Shown one piece after another: positions 41,517-51,621 of a DNA stretch of 64,000 nt. Below the pieces are notes generated by a model, which made no database searches, was not told the DNA's origin, and saw nothing but the letters and a program-made list of their open reading frames with translations. Where the stretch lies: the NCBI GenBank assembly GCA_963786955.1, contig CAWBAT010000008.1, positions 416,001 to 480,000 of the forward strand. The letters run 5' to 3'. Source of the DNA: an uncultured Acidimicrobiia bacterium (GTDB taxonomy: Bacteria; Acidobacteriota; Terriglobia; Versatilivoradales; Versatilivoraceae). Each line of letters starts with the position of its first letter. The stretch's first letter is position 1. The position numbers and the translations under genes were made by a program.

Positions 41517-44150
41517 TCATCCCAATGACACGATGGACGCTTCCCCAACATTGCTGTACCGATCAGGAACACAGGTGAAGATAACGACCTGGCATTCCTT
41601 GGCAGCTTTGGCCAGAACGGCACCCATGAGACGCAACCTCTCAGGGTCCGTATAGCCCAACGCATCATCCAGAATGAGCGGGGTCCCGCCGTCCTTGGCC
41701 ACAATCATCGAGCAAGCGGATCGGAAAATCAGTGAGAGCTGTTCCTTTGTGCCACCACTCAACGAGTCAAATGGCACTGTGACTCCCTTGACCGTCCGGC
41801 TGGCGATTTGCAGTTCATCGCTGATGTCCACCTGGAAAGAGTCATCGAAAACCAGCCGCCCAAGTTGTTCGATCTTCTCCTTGAGCGGGGCCACATAAGC
41901 CCGCCGCGCCTTGTCGCGCTCTTCTCGCATGGTTTCAAAAAGGTATCTTGCCGAGGATGCCCGACGAAACAGAGACTTGTTGTCTGCCCCTAGACGCTCA
42001 AGAACGATTTGGGCCGCGTGCAGTTTCTCGTGAAGCCCTTCCTCCCCGTGGATTTTGAGCCGCGTCTGTACCTCCGTCAGTTCCGTTTGAGCTGCATTCC
42101 GGCGATTCTGCGTCGTTACCAGGGACCCCTTCGCCGTCTCGGCCAATGCCTTCACCCGCTCGGGGTTCTTTGCCTTCAGCGATGTCTCGGCGGTACGAAC
42201 GCTGACATCTTCGGAAGCCACGGCCTGGACCGCGTTCGCCAGAGCCATGTCCAAATCATCATCGGGAACGCTCTTTCTCGCCCGGTCGAGGTTATCGCGT
42301 GCCTGATTGAGATCTTTGGACAACAGGTCGAGTTGGACTCGCGATTCCTGATGCTTGATGTTCAAGCCATCCCGCACGCTTCGGGCTGTATCAAGAGACC
42401 CGCGAGCCGATTCCCACTGACCGACCGTTTCCTGTAGTAACGCCTCAGCACTTGCCCGCTCCTTTTTCGCCGAGTCCAGATCACGACAAATAGAGGGTTC
42501 GGCCACGCGCATGGCAAGATAGTCGGGCACTACTTGCTGAAGGCCAAGCAGTTTCTTGTCCAGTTCCTCGTAGGTCAAATCACGGAGATTATCCTTCTCC
42601 ACCTGCACTTTGGATTCCATATGCCGGGTTGCTTCGCGGCGCTCTTCATATGCCTTCCGTGCCTCATCAGGACTGGAAACGCCCGCTTTCGCGCAGGCAT
42701 TATCCAGAATTTGACGCGCCTCTTCGACCTTCCTGGACAGCCCCTCCGCGCTGGAACCGGCCGTGATCTCTACATCCAACGCACCGGGTATGGTCAACCG
42801 TGATCTGTCCGCAACCGAGATCGTTCGTACTTCCCCCTTGCCGAGTTTGACCTCGGCATCGTCAACGGACAGTTGGCAATCGGCCAGTCCGCGAAGGAGC
42901 ACGCTCGGCGCACCGGTCTGCAACTGCGCGTTGGCGGTCAGCAACCCACGTTCGGCGTCCTGGATTGACTTCAATGCGCGGGAGTCTACCTTATTTCGGG
43001 CCAGCAGCGCCTCTGCCTGGGCCGCATTCTGTCGGGCTTGGTCAATGCGTTCCTTGCGTTCCCGGAGTTGATCAAGATGCAGTTTATTGTTGTAGTAGTC
43101 GAAATCGGCTCGCCGGAGAATGGCAAGGGCATCTGCCGCTTTTTTCTCTTGGTCACTTTCATCGAAAGCCTTCTGCTCTGCCTTGAGTTCGGCCTCGGCC
43201 TGGTTCAACGCCGAGAGGGACATTACGCTGGATTCTCTAATATCGTCATGCGCCTTGGCGGCTTTGGCAACCGTATCAACGAGACCTTGGCGCGCGTCCT
43301 TGTCTCGGCGTGCGACCTGCTCGGATTTCTGCGCCGAGTCCAGCTTCAAACGAGCCGCCGAAAGGGCATTTTCCAGAGTGCCTATTTCCTCAAGTGAAGT
43401 TGCGTGGGCAGCCACCGCCTTCGTCAGTTCGTCTTCCTGCTTCTTCAGTTGACTCAGTTCCCGCTGAAGAGAGCCCGCGCGGTCGATGTCCTGGTCAAGG
43501 TCGCGGATTGTCTGCTCAATACGGGCAACTTCCGATTCGGCATCTGTCTGGGCCTTGCGGGATTCCGCGAGTTCCTTCCGTTCACCACCCCGCTCCGTAA
43601 AGTAATGGAGGTACTCCTCACGCACCTTTTGGAAAAGTCCTTCTTCCCGTGGATCGGCGGGACGCCCACCGGCAGCCTTATCGAGCGCGACCGAGAGCGA
43701 TGTCTGTTTCGTCAGGACAGGCTGGTGGATGGCGTCGCCCTGTTGAATAGTCAATGCCTTCCAGAGGTCAATGTCGAGGGTTTCTCGGAGGATGGCCTCG
43801 GCGCGTTCGTGCGCTTCGCGTCCCGTGTGGTTCTCGGGCTTGGGTTTGGTGATAGTGAGTTTGGTCTCCGGTTTCTTGAGGAACCGCTTGAGGTAAGTGA
43901 AGGAGTAAGGCCCGCTCTCTGCCTGCAACTCGATCTCCGGCCCTTCGTCGCGATGGACCGGCTTGATGGCTTCGATACTGCGGTGCTTGCTTGAATCTAA
44001 ATACTCAAAGAGAAGCCCTATGGCCTCGCCTAGGCTGGTTTTCCCGGCTTCATTCGGCCCCTGCACGAGAGTAATGCCAGCGGGTCCGAACTTCACTTCG
44101 GCAGCAGCAATGCCCCGGTAATTGGCGACTCGAAGACGGATGAATTTCAT
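41517..44150 (-). CDS. SbcC/Rad50-like coiled-coil ATPase
   Basis: GPNEAGKT Walker A, long coiled coil, LSGGTKEQL signature and ILDDALG Walker B. Confidence 0.88.
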   Translation of the reverse strand: MKFIRLRVANYRGIAAAEVKFGPAGITLVQGPNEAGKTSLGEAIGLLFEYLDSSKHRSIEAIKPVHRDEGPEIELQAESGPYSFTYLKRFLKKPETKLTITKPKPENHTGREAHERAEAILRETLDIDLWKALTIQQGDAIHQPVLTKQTSLSVALDKAAGGRPADPREEGLFQKVREEYLHYFTERGGERKELAESRKAQTDAESEVARIEQTIRDLDQDIDRAGSLQRELSQLKKQEDELTKAVAAHATSLEEIGTLENALSAARLKLDSAQKSEQVARRDKDARQGLVDTVAKAAKAHDDIRESSVMSLSALNQAEAELKAEQKAFDESDQEKKAADALAILRRADFDYYNNKLHLDQLRERKERIDQARQNAAQAEALLARNKVDSRALKSIQDAERGLLTANAQLQTGAPSVLLRGLADCQLSVDDAEVKLGKGEVRTISVADRSRLTIPGALDVEITAGSSAEGLSRKVEEARQILDNACAKAGVSSPDEARKAYEERREATRHMESKVQVEKDNLRDLTYEELDKKLLGLQQVVPDYLAMRVAEPSICRDLDSAKKERASAEALLQETVGQWESARGSLDTARSVRDGLNIKHQESRVQLDLLSKDLNQARDNLDRARKSVPDDDLDMALANAVQAVASEDVSVRTAETSLKAKNPERVKALAETAKGSLVTTQNRRNAAQTELTEVQTRLKIHGEEGLHEKLHAAQIVLERLGADNKSLFRRASSARYLFETMREERDKARRAYVAPLKEKIEQLGRLVFDDSFQVDISDELQIASRTVKGVTVPFDSLSGGTKEQLSLIFRSACSMIVAKDGGTPLILDDALGYTDPERLRLMGAVLAKAAKECQVVIFTCVPDRYSNVGEASIVSLG

Positions 44151-45287
44151 GCCGCCCCCCTTGCCAGCCGAAGCATAAGCATCAAAGCTTCGCGGGCCAC
44201 CGTGCTTTCATCTCCACCTTCCGAGATCTTGCTTCGAAGCCGCTGCACGGTTCGGTCGGCAAAGCCCGAGAATCCAAGGTTGGCAAAATCCGTATCGTCC
44301 GGTAGCACGAGCAGCTCGTCTTCCCGAACATCGAAGGCCCCCAACACATCCTTCGCGACAACAAGATAGGTCTGAAGTACGCCCTGCAAAGACAGGGATA
44401 GGGAACCGACGAGATTCAGCCGAACAACGGTGCGCTCTTTGTTCTCAATATCCTCCAACGACTTCCGTAATGACTCCACGTCTTCAGCGGTGTTCAAATC
44501 AACGCGACTCGCGCTCGATAAATCGCCACTGGCCGACTTGGACGGCCTTGGTGGTTACTCGACCCTCGTCGACCTCAACGACTTGAGCATAGCCAGACTG
44601 TGTCTCGGAGAAGTCCGTAGCCTCAGGCGTCCCTGAGTACCAGATACGGTCGCCGGTGCCCACCTTGGTCAGGGAGTGACGGTCACCTAGCGCCACGAAG
44701 TGAATCTTTCCTTCGTCAATGGCGCATTCGAGCGATGGCAACAGCAATAACTCCAGGCGGCTTCCCGATCCGGCGTAAGCGTATCGACCGCGCCATGCCC
44801 CATACAAATGCGAACTATCCCGCTCGCAGGGGTGAGATCGTTGAGCGCATCGTCAATGGGGTTGGTGACAGGCCGCTTGGACATCCAGGGAGCGCCCACA
44901 AGCTCCACGCCCTCGTTCACCTTGATCGGGATGGCGTTTTCAACGACCTGAACATGCGCGGGTTTTCGTTCGATGAAGGTGCTCGAACGGTAAACAGAAG
45001 CCACATTCAAGTGGGTCGTGGTTCCCCGGAAGGATAAAGACCGGAACAGGTACTTCCTTAAGGGCCTCGAGTGCCCGTGCAACTGTCTTCCGATCCACTT
45101 GGTTAGACTCGAAGGCGTCGCCGCACACCAGCATGAACTGGCAAGCTTCCTCTTTTGCGATTCGCCCCATGGTTCGAATGGCATCAAACCGTGCTTGGGT
45201 GAACCTCTCCTGAGCTCCTTCCGAGAGGAAGTGGCGAGTCATGCCCAACTGCCAGTCGCTCGTATGCAGGAAACGGATCACTGACAC
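44147..45287 (-). CDS. SbcD/Mre11-like metallophosphoesterase nuclease, at least three frameshifts
   Basis: HTSDWQLG, CGDAFE, PGNHD, GHG, ALGDRHS and YSGTPE motifs spread over successive frames. Confidence 0.82.
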
Positions 45288-45452
45288 TCCTTTTCAATCA
45301 AAGCGAATTAGCTTTTGGCCATGCTCCGGACATCCCATTCAATCGATCACCATCCCAGTCTTGTTAATAGATCTCCCTATTACCCAGCAGCCTAAATGTG
45401 CTGACAGGAGGGGCGTATTCATTCCACCAACATAGTCGGTACTGTTGGCATC

Positions 45453-46067
45453 TTACTCTTCTGGCAATTCGTGGAGCTGTGGGAATTCTTCTAATTTTGG
45501 CAAGGTTGGCAACTTCGGCCAATCTGAAAGTTTAGGCTGATCTGGAATGTTGAATGAATCACTCTTACCACGGATCTGAAGTCCAGTACCATAGGGATTC
45601 CAAGGGCTATCGTTCTTGTACGGACTCCCAGCCCCGAACTGGTTCATGATGCTCTCGCTCGAAAAAGGTGATCCATATTTTCCATACGGATTCGAGATGC
45701 TGTCGGCATCATAAGGATTAGAACTAAGTTTCCCGCGATATTTTCCCTGGCTGTCATAAAGCTTGGGCGTGTCGGTTGCATATGGGTTGGTTGTAGATTT
45801 GCTCGAAAAGGGCGATCCATATGTACTAAATTCATTTTTTATCGAGTTTGCTGAATAAGGATTGCCGTGGGGTCCATAATGATTCCCCGTCGAGTTTGGT
45901 CCGTACGGATTTACACTGAAGTCTCCAAGGTATATCGATCTGGGAGCCTTTTTATTTAGTTCCATCAGGTTCTTGAAAGCCTTCTCATAATATTCGTCCG
46001 ATTTCCCCTGCCCAAAAAACATTCCGCAAAAGAACAGCGACAATGTAATTGTCAATAGGCACTTCAT
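45453..46067 (-). CDS. Secreted hypothetical protein with NPY/YGSPFS repeats
   Basis: Signal peptide; duplicated YGSPFSS and NPY units; PKL-rich tail. Confidence 0.65.
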   Translation of the reverse strand: MKCLLTITLSLFFCGMFFGQGKSDEYYEKAFKNLMELNKKAPRSIYLGDFSVNPYGPNSTGNHYGPHGNPYSANSIKNEFSTYGSPFSSKSTTNPYATDTPKLYDSQGKYRGKLSSNPYDADSISNPYGKYGSPFSSESIMNQFGAGSPYKNDSPWNPYGTGLQIRGKSDSFNIPDQPKLSDWPKLPTLPKLEEFPQLHELPEE

Positions 46068-46927
46068 TGTTCACCTCCGGTATTCAAGAATGGACAACTT
46101 CACCCCCCTCTGTTTTTCACCTTCGCTTTTTGGACCCTCTCCAATTGTATGTTGTTTAAAGCTTATGCGCCGCCTCTTTTCAGGAGAGTGGCATGATCAC
46201 CGACGAAGCCCGCCGGCGTCTTCCGTTGCGTCCGATCTACTTTCTAGCGCCCGAATCATAAGACCAAAAGGGTCCAATAAGACCACGCACAGGAACCGTG
46301 CAAGCGGCGTTTTCGACCCAGCCTGTACAAGGGACCGATGCATCAAGGCCCTCTAAAATAGCCTGTCTACACTACTTTTTGCCTTTCCCAAGCACCCGCC
46401 TGCCTGGCCGCTTGATGCTGTAGAGATTGAGAATACAACCCTTGCCGGAAGAAAGCACTTCTGTTGCTGCTCCGCCGACTAATCTTGCAGCCGTTGGAAA
46501 AAAGCCAATGACCTCAGGTAGACGCTTGCCCTTCTTTCCGAGTGGGAGAAGAAGAACGCTCCAAGCTTCGATCACCACGACATTAGGCAGGCCCTCGCCG
46601 TATGGTTGGCGTTGATGTTGGTGTTTTTATCGTTCGCCGCAATTCCCATTGAGGGGCCGCGATTTCAAATCAACTTTTTGTGGTTAATTAACGATAACCA
46701 TTTGAATATGGCGGATCAAATAAGTGTCACGAGATTGCAAGCATACATCAGGAAAGGTCCAAGACCGCGTTCATTGTTCGACTTAGCAGAAACCCTAATT
46801 TACTCGGAGAATCACACAACTCTAATGTCGCCCTTGAATCATTATCAACAACTGTCTTGGTAAATTGGACGCTACGCAAGTAAGATTAAGGCATTAAACA
46901 TAGGGATGAGAGGTGCAAAGGAGCCTG

Positions 46928-47707
46928 ATGAAAGATTATAACGGAATCTTTCGAGGCATTGAAGCCACAGTAATCAAGATGGCGTCGAATCATTTGTCAC
47001 AAGCGCAAATTGAAGAGAAACTGCAAGCGTTCAAGGATGTGGAATCACAGAAATTCTCAGATGCAGATTACTATAGAAAACTCGTTGCTGTTATTTTCTA
47101 TTCTGGGTATAGAGCCTCTACAGTCAAGAAGATGCTTCCTGCAATTTGTCGGTGTTTCCATGACCATATTACTGTGGCCGACTACAAAGAAAAAGATATT
47201 GAAGCAATTCTTCTGAATTCAGAAATCATACGAAACAGGAGAAAAGTTGAAGCTTGCGTCAAAAACGCTCATACCTTTAAGAGCATTGTCAGCAAGTTCG
47301 GGTCATTCTCAGCGTACAGTTTCAGGCCAAAGGAATCATTCGAGAATCTCTTGGTCTTAAAAGAGGACATTCAAGGAAAATTAGAAGGGTTTGGCAAAGT
47401 AACGACTTTTCATTTTCTCACTGAGATTGGTTTGCCGGTGATTAAACCGGATCGAGTAGTGTGCCGTATTTTTAAGAGATTGGGCCTAATTGAAAGCCAG
47501 GAAGAATTACTAGAGGCCGTCAAACAAGGGCGGCAGATTTCTGTAATAACGGGCGAGGCAATCCGATATGTCGACTACATCTTCGTGGTCTACGGCCAGG
47601 TAGAATCAGCCACTCTGGGATTCAAAGGAATATGTCTGGAGAAAAATCCACATTGTGAAATCTGTGGCGTGACACAGTATTGCGATTACTTTAGAAATCG
47701 TTCTTAA
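46928..47707 (+). CDS. HhH-superfamily DNA glycosylase (TAG-like) with C-terminal 4Fe-4S motif
   Basis: IFYSG, IIRNRRKVEA, FGKVTTFHFL and KPDRVV motifs; C-x6-C-x2-C-x5-C (CLEKNPHCEICGVTQYC); AT-rich; in-frame GTG alternative at 46913. Confidence 0.78.
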   Translation: MKDYNGIFRGIEATVIKMASNHLSQAQIEEKLQAFKDVESQKFSDADYYRKLVAVIFYSGYRASTVKKMLPAICRCFHDHITVADYKEKDIEAILLNSEIIRNRRKVEACVKNAHTFKSIVSKFGSFSAYSFRPKESFENLLVLKEDIQGKLEGFGKVTTFHFLTEIGLPVIKPDRVVCRIFKRLGLIESQEELLEAVKQGRQISVITGEAIRYVDYIFVVYGQVESATLGFKGICLEKNPHCEICGVTQYCDYFRNRS

Positions 47708-47841
47708 AAGTGAAATTCACCGATTAGATTGGTTACCACCCAGTAATTCGTTCGGAAACTCGCCAAATACTGCAATACTCGTTAGGTTCTACGGCTTGTC
47801 GTCCGCTGTTTCATTGAAGTGAGGCAGATCTTTTCAAAGTT

Positions 47842-49536
47842 ATGCAAATCGATAAGCCGACTATTCAATATTACAGCTCGAATGCAGACGACCTGGCATC
47901 AGTCTATGAGCAGGCCATGGGAGGTGTAGTCGATCTTTTTCAACTTGCTTACCCTGCCGGCTCACGCGTACTTGATATCGGCTGCGGAAGTGGTAGAAAC
48001 ATGGCCGAGCTCCTCAGGCATGGGTACGACGCATACGGTGTGGAACCATGTGAAGCCTTCAGGAGCATTGCAATCAGGAAACATCCCGAACTTCAAGGCA
48101 GACTTGCTGAAGCATCTCTCCCCGAACTCGTTAATCCGTTTGATGGGGAGTTCGACGGCATCCTGTGTTCCGCAGTTTTGATGCACGTCTCCAAAGAATC
48201 GCTCTTCGATTGCGCATATTCCTTCAAGAGGGTCCTAAAACAGGGAGGGCGATTACTGCTCTCTGTTCCGAAAGAAAGACCCGATATAAATAGTTCAGGT
48301 CGCGATCCCCATGGAAGACTATTTGAGGAACTCCCCGCCAATTATCTCCAGTTACTATTCGAACGCCTTGGTTTCAGGGAGATCGGAAGATGGGATACTG
48401 CTGACAGTATTGGTCGCCAAGGATACAGCTGGTTAACGCTGCTCTATACCTTGGAGAGCTTGACGGCCAACCGCCACATCGATCAGATTGAAGGTATCAT
48501 CACAAAGGACAGGAAGACTGCCACATATAAGCTGGCCCTCTTCAGGGCATTGAGCGAGATCGCAGTCAATGAGTCCCGCGCTGCAGTCTGGTTACGCGGT
48601 GATGAAGTGGGGATCCCATTGAATAGTATAACGGAGAAATGGATTCAGTACTACTGGCCTCTATTTGCATCGCCCCGCTTCATCCCGCAGATCAGGGGTG
48701 AGAGCCAGGTAAGCAACAAACCTATTAAGTTCCGGAGAAATCTCTCAAAGTTGGTTGAACATTATTCTGACAGCGGTGGTCTTACCAAGTTCGTCCTTGA
48801 CTATCGGAAAAGTTCACTGTCACACATTGCTGAGAAATTGTTGCAGAAGACCGCCCACAGTATCTCTCAGGCAATCATCGAGGGTCCAGTCCAACATGCC
48901 GGAGGAGCATTGCAAATTGGGCGAGTATTTCGTTATGACGCATCAAGGAAGATCGTATTGATGGATTCCGGTATATGGAAAGAACTCTCATTAATGGCTC
49001 ACTGGATACTGGGAGCACTGAAACTGAGATGGGCAGAAATTACTGCAGATATGTCCAAAGGAGAAGTTCCAGCTGGAGAAGTTCTCGACTTGTTATTGAC
49101 GGATCCAATACCTGAGCGAGAGGTGGGCGACGCAAGAAATGTTTTCAACAGCATTGTGGGTAAGGAGTGTGTTTGGAGCGGTGATCCTATCAAAAGCAAA
49201 TTTGAAGTGGACCACGTCATCCCATTCAGCCTTTGGGGAAACAATGACCTTTGGAATCTACTTCCTGTTTTACCGGCCGTTAATCGGGACAAGAAAGACG
49301 GACTGCCATCCAGATCACTACTTTTTCGACGCCGGGATCTGATCATCTACTATTGGAGAGAACTGCGCAAAGCTCACAAGGCAAGATTCGATAAGGAAGC
49401 AAGGCCTCAAGTGGAGCCCAGAGCCAGAACCAAATTTGACATGAGCACAAACTGGGAGGTCCCTCTCTTCCTGAGTATGTCACAATCGATCCAAATGACT
49501 TCCACGCAATTCGGTATGAAACCCTGGGAACCTTGA
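47842..49536 (+). CDS. Class I SAM-methyltransferase - HNH endonuclease fusion
   Basis: LDIGCGSG and FDGILCSAVLMH motifs; central TYKLALFRAL region; EVDHVIPFSLWGNNDLWNLLP..VNRDK HNH motif. Confidence 0.85.
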   Translation: MQIDKPTIQYYSSNADDLASVYEQAMGGVVDLFQLAYPAGSRVLDIGCGSGRNMAELLRHGYDAYGVEPCEAFRSIAIRKHPELQGRLAEASLPELVNPFDGEFDGILCSAVLMHVSKESLFDCAYSFKRVLKQGGRLLLSVPKERPDINSSGRDPHGRLFEELPANYLQLLFERLGFREIGRWDTADSIGRQGYSWLTLLYTLESLTANRHIDQIEGIITKDRKTATYKLALFRALSEIAVNESRAAVWLRGDEVGIPLNSITEKWIQYYWPLFASPRFIPQIRGESQVSNKPIKFRRNLSKLVEHYSDSGGLTKFVLDYRKSSLSHIAEKLLQKTAHSISQAIIEGPVQHAGGALQIGRVFRYDASRKIVLMDSGIWKELSLMAHWILGALKLRWAEITADMSKGEVPAGEVLDLLLTDPIPEREVGDARNVFNSIVGKECVWSGDPIKSKFEVDHVIPFSLWGNNDLWNLLPVLPAVNRDKKDGLPSRSLLFRRRDLIIYYWRELRKAHKARFDKEARPQVEPRARTKFDMSTNWEVPLFLSMSQSIQMTSTQFGMKPWEP

Positions 49537-49669
49537 TGACTGTTCAGATGATACCAATCAAGTGCTGATCTCAAAGTTGGCCTCCTTTTTCAGGTTTATC
49601 ATTTTCAACTTAGGATCTCTTCTGAATTTGATCAAGGCAACTCCAATAAATTGACACTATCAAAACCGA

Positions 49670-50165
49670 TACGTTCCCGAGCCAGGCCGACTTGTTCGCC
49701 GTCGGCGATTAGCATTCCTTCGTAAGTCATTTCAGGAATCAAGGCCGGGAGTACACTTTTGATCGAAAACGACCCCTTAAAATTTGGGTGGTAAGCATTG
49801 TCTCTAATAAATGGTGGTAGATCCCAAAAGCGGGCCTGGATGTTTTCGATTTGAGACCTGAACTTATGCAGCAAAGCGGGGGACCACCACCCCTGTGTCC
49901 CCTTCTTAACTAAGGAGGGGAGCGAAGAACTTGACGACCTCCCCCTGGCCCCTTCATTGTGCAAGGAGCGGGATAACATAAAAGCACCACCCCTGGTCGT
50001 GGCATGATTGCCACGACCTTTCCCCTCCTTAAAAAAGGATGGGAGCAAAAGCCTTTTTCCAAATTGTTTAAACGCCCCGACTCGAAGCTTCTGCTATAGA
50101 CAATAATATTCCCTTTTTCTTTCAATAACTTAATCAAATCATCCAAGAATTCTTGGCGAGGGATG
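49670..50165 (-). pseudogene. DUF2779-like fragment interrupted by a repeat insertion
   Basis: PRQEFLDDL..IIVYSRSFE on one side and WDL..YHPNFKGSFSIKSVLPAL..YEGMLIADG on the other. Confidence 0.65.
49876..50049. repeat. Three tandem ACCACCCC..CCCCTCCTT..AAGGAGGGG-type palindromes
   Basis: Copies near 49883, 49935 and 49985; same family as the hairpin split at 32641/32781. Confidence 0.68.
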
Positions 50166-50216
50166 TCCAATATCTTTACATGTCCATGAATCGTGGACAA
50201 TTAGATATTATGGACA
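50164..50216. promoter_or_regulatory. Two inverted 23-bp arms (TGTCCA-N11-TGTCCA / TGGACA-N11-TGGACA); candidate AbiEi operator
   Basis: Arms at 50164-50186 and 50194-50216 with a 7-bp spacer; the second arm overlaps ATG 50210. Confidence 0.7.
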
Positions 50217-51235
50217 CGAATCTACCAGAACCCAAGAACGAACTCCTTAAAGCCGCTTTTGCGGCGGGTGAGCGGGTTGGCCTGCACTGGACTTTGGCCG
50301 AGCTAGAACCTCGGCAAGAGGGGGGGCAGCCTGATGCCATCATCAAGCTGCGTTTTGGCGCTCAGGATCTGATGTATGAAGCCGAAATCAAACGCGCCCT
50401 GCGCCCGGCTACTCTCGGCGTGATGTTGCACCAACTGGCCGCGCATGGCAAGCGTGTGCTGTTGGTGGCTGATCATGTAACTCCTCCAATGGCAGATGAA
50501 TTACGCGCGCGCGACGTCCAGTTCATCGATGCTGCTGGAAATGCCTATCTGAACCATCCACCGCTACTGGTGTGGGTAAAAGGGCAATGGCCAGTGGGAC
50601 TTACAGTGGCTCGCGAGGGGGTAATGGGCAGGGCATTCCAAGCTAGCGGGCTGCAAGTGTTATTTGCTTTGCTATGCAACCCTGAACTAGCCGATCGGCC
50701 TTACCGTGAGATAGCCCATTTGACGGGTGTGGCGCACGGTACGGTCGGTTGGGTGATGCCTGAGCTGCCGCGCTTGGGCTACATTGCAAAGGTAAAAGGG
50801 AAGCGAAGGCTACTGAATCCCGAGAGACTCTTGCAGCAATGGGTAGAGGCTTACGTGCGCACATTGCGCCCAAAATTGGTTATAGGTCGCTACATTGCCG
50901 AAACGCTGGACTGGACTATAGGGTTCGATGGCGGCAAGTATGACCTACTGTTGGGCGGCGAACCCGCCGCACGGCTGTTAACGGACCATTTACGCCCAGC
51001 CACAGTGACTTTATACGGTGCTAAAGCCGATCCACGGCTGCTCTTGGACAAGCGACTGCGCCCGGAGAGAAATGGCAACGTGGAAATCCTGCGGCGATTC
51101 TGGCACTTCGATGGTGAGCGACCAGGGTTGGTACCGACTGTGCTGGTATACGCAGACCTTCTTGCTATCGGCGATGCCAGGTGCAGCGAAACGGCGAAAT
51201 TAATCTATGAGCACATCATTAAACGATTTGTCTAA
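50210..51235 (+). CDS. Type IV TA antitoxin, AbiEi family
   Basis: FIDAAGNAYL, winged-HTH YREIAHLTGVAHGTV, GGEPAA and LVYADLL..GDAR motifs; start taken as ATG 50210. Confidence 0.82.
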   Translation: MDTNLPEPKNELLKAAFAAGERVGLHWTLAELEPRQEGGQPDAIIKLRFGAQDLMYEAEIKRALRPATLGVMLHQLAAHGKRVLLVADHVTPPMADELRARDVQFIDAAGNAYLNHPPLLVWVKGQWPVGLTVAREGVMGRAFQASGLQVLFALLCNPELADRPYREIAHLTGVAHGTVGWVMPELPRLGYIAKVKGKRRLLNPERLLQQWVEAYVRTLRPKLVIGRYIAETLDWTIGFDGGKYDLLLGGEPAARLLTDHLRPATVTLYGAKADPRLLLDKRLRPERNGNVEILRRFWHFDGERPGLVPTVLVYADLLAIGDARCSETAKLIYEHIIKRFV

Positions 51236-51422
51236 ATGTGGTGATCTTGACCAATTGGCCGAAGTAATCGCAGTCCTTCGGCGTTATGCACCAAATTATA
51301 AACCATTGCTAGTAGGCGCGATGGCGCGCGACGTGTTGCTGTCTTACGCACATGAGATACCAATCGCATGTGCCACGATGGACATCGATCTCGCTTTTGC
51401 CGAACAGTTTCGAGTGTTTTGA
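51207..51422 (+). pseudogene. Truncated AbiEii-type nucleotidyltransferase toxin
   Basis: LVGAMARD and ATMDIDLA motifs followed by a stop at 71 aa; no continuation recognised. Confidence 0.7.
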
Positions 51423-51621
51423 TGACCTATGATAGCCAGAGGTGGCAGGCTTCACAATGTTTCTAAATCGTTACAGATCAACAAATACGAGGTTTTTCGG
51501 GTAGACAAGGTCAAATTGGAGTGGATGAAGTCTTGGCAAAGGACAGTATATCCTTCTTTGACTCTTGATCAGGGAGTTTTCATACAGTCTCGCGCCGTGT
51601 TAGACGCCTCGTCGATCATTC

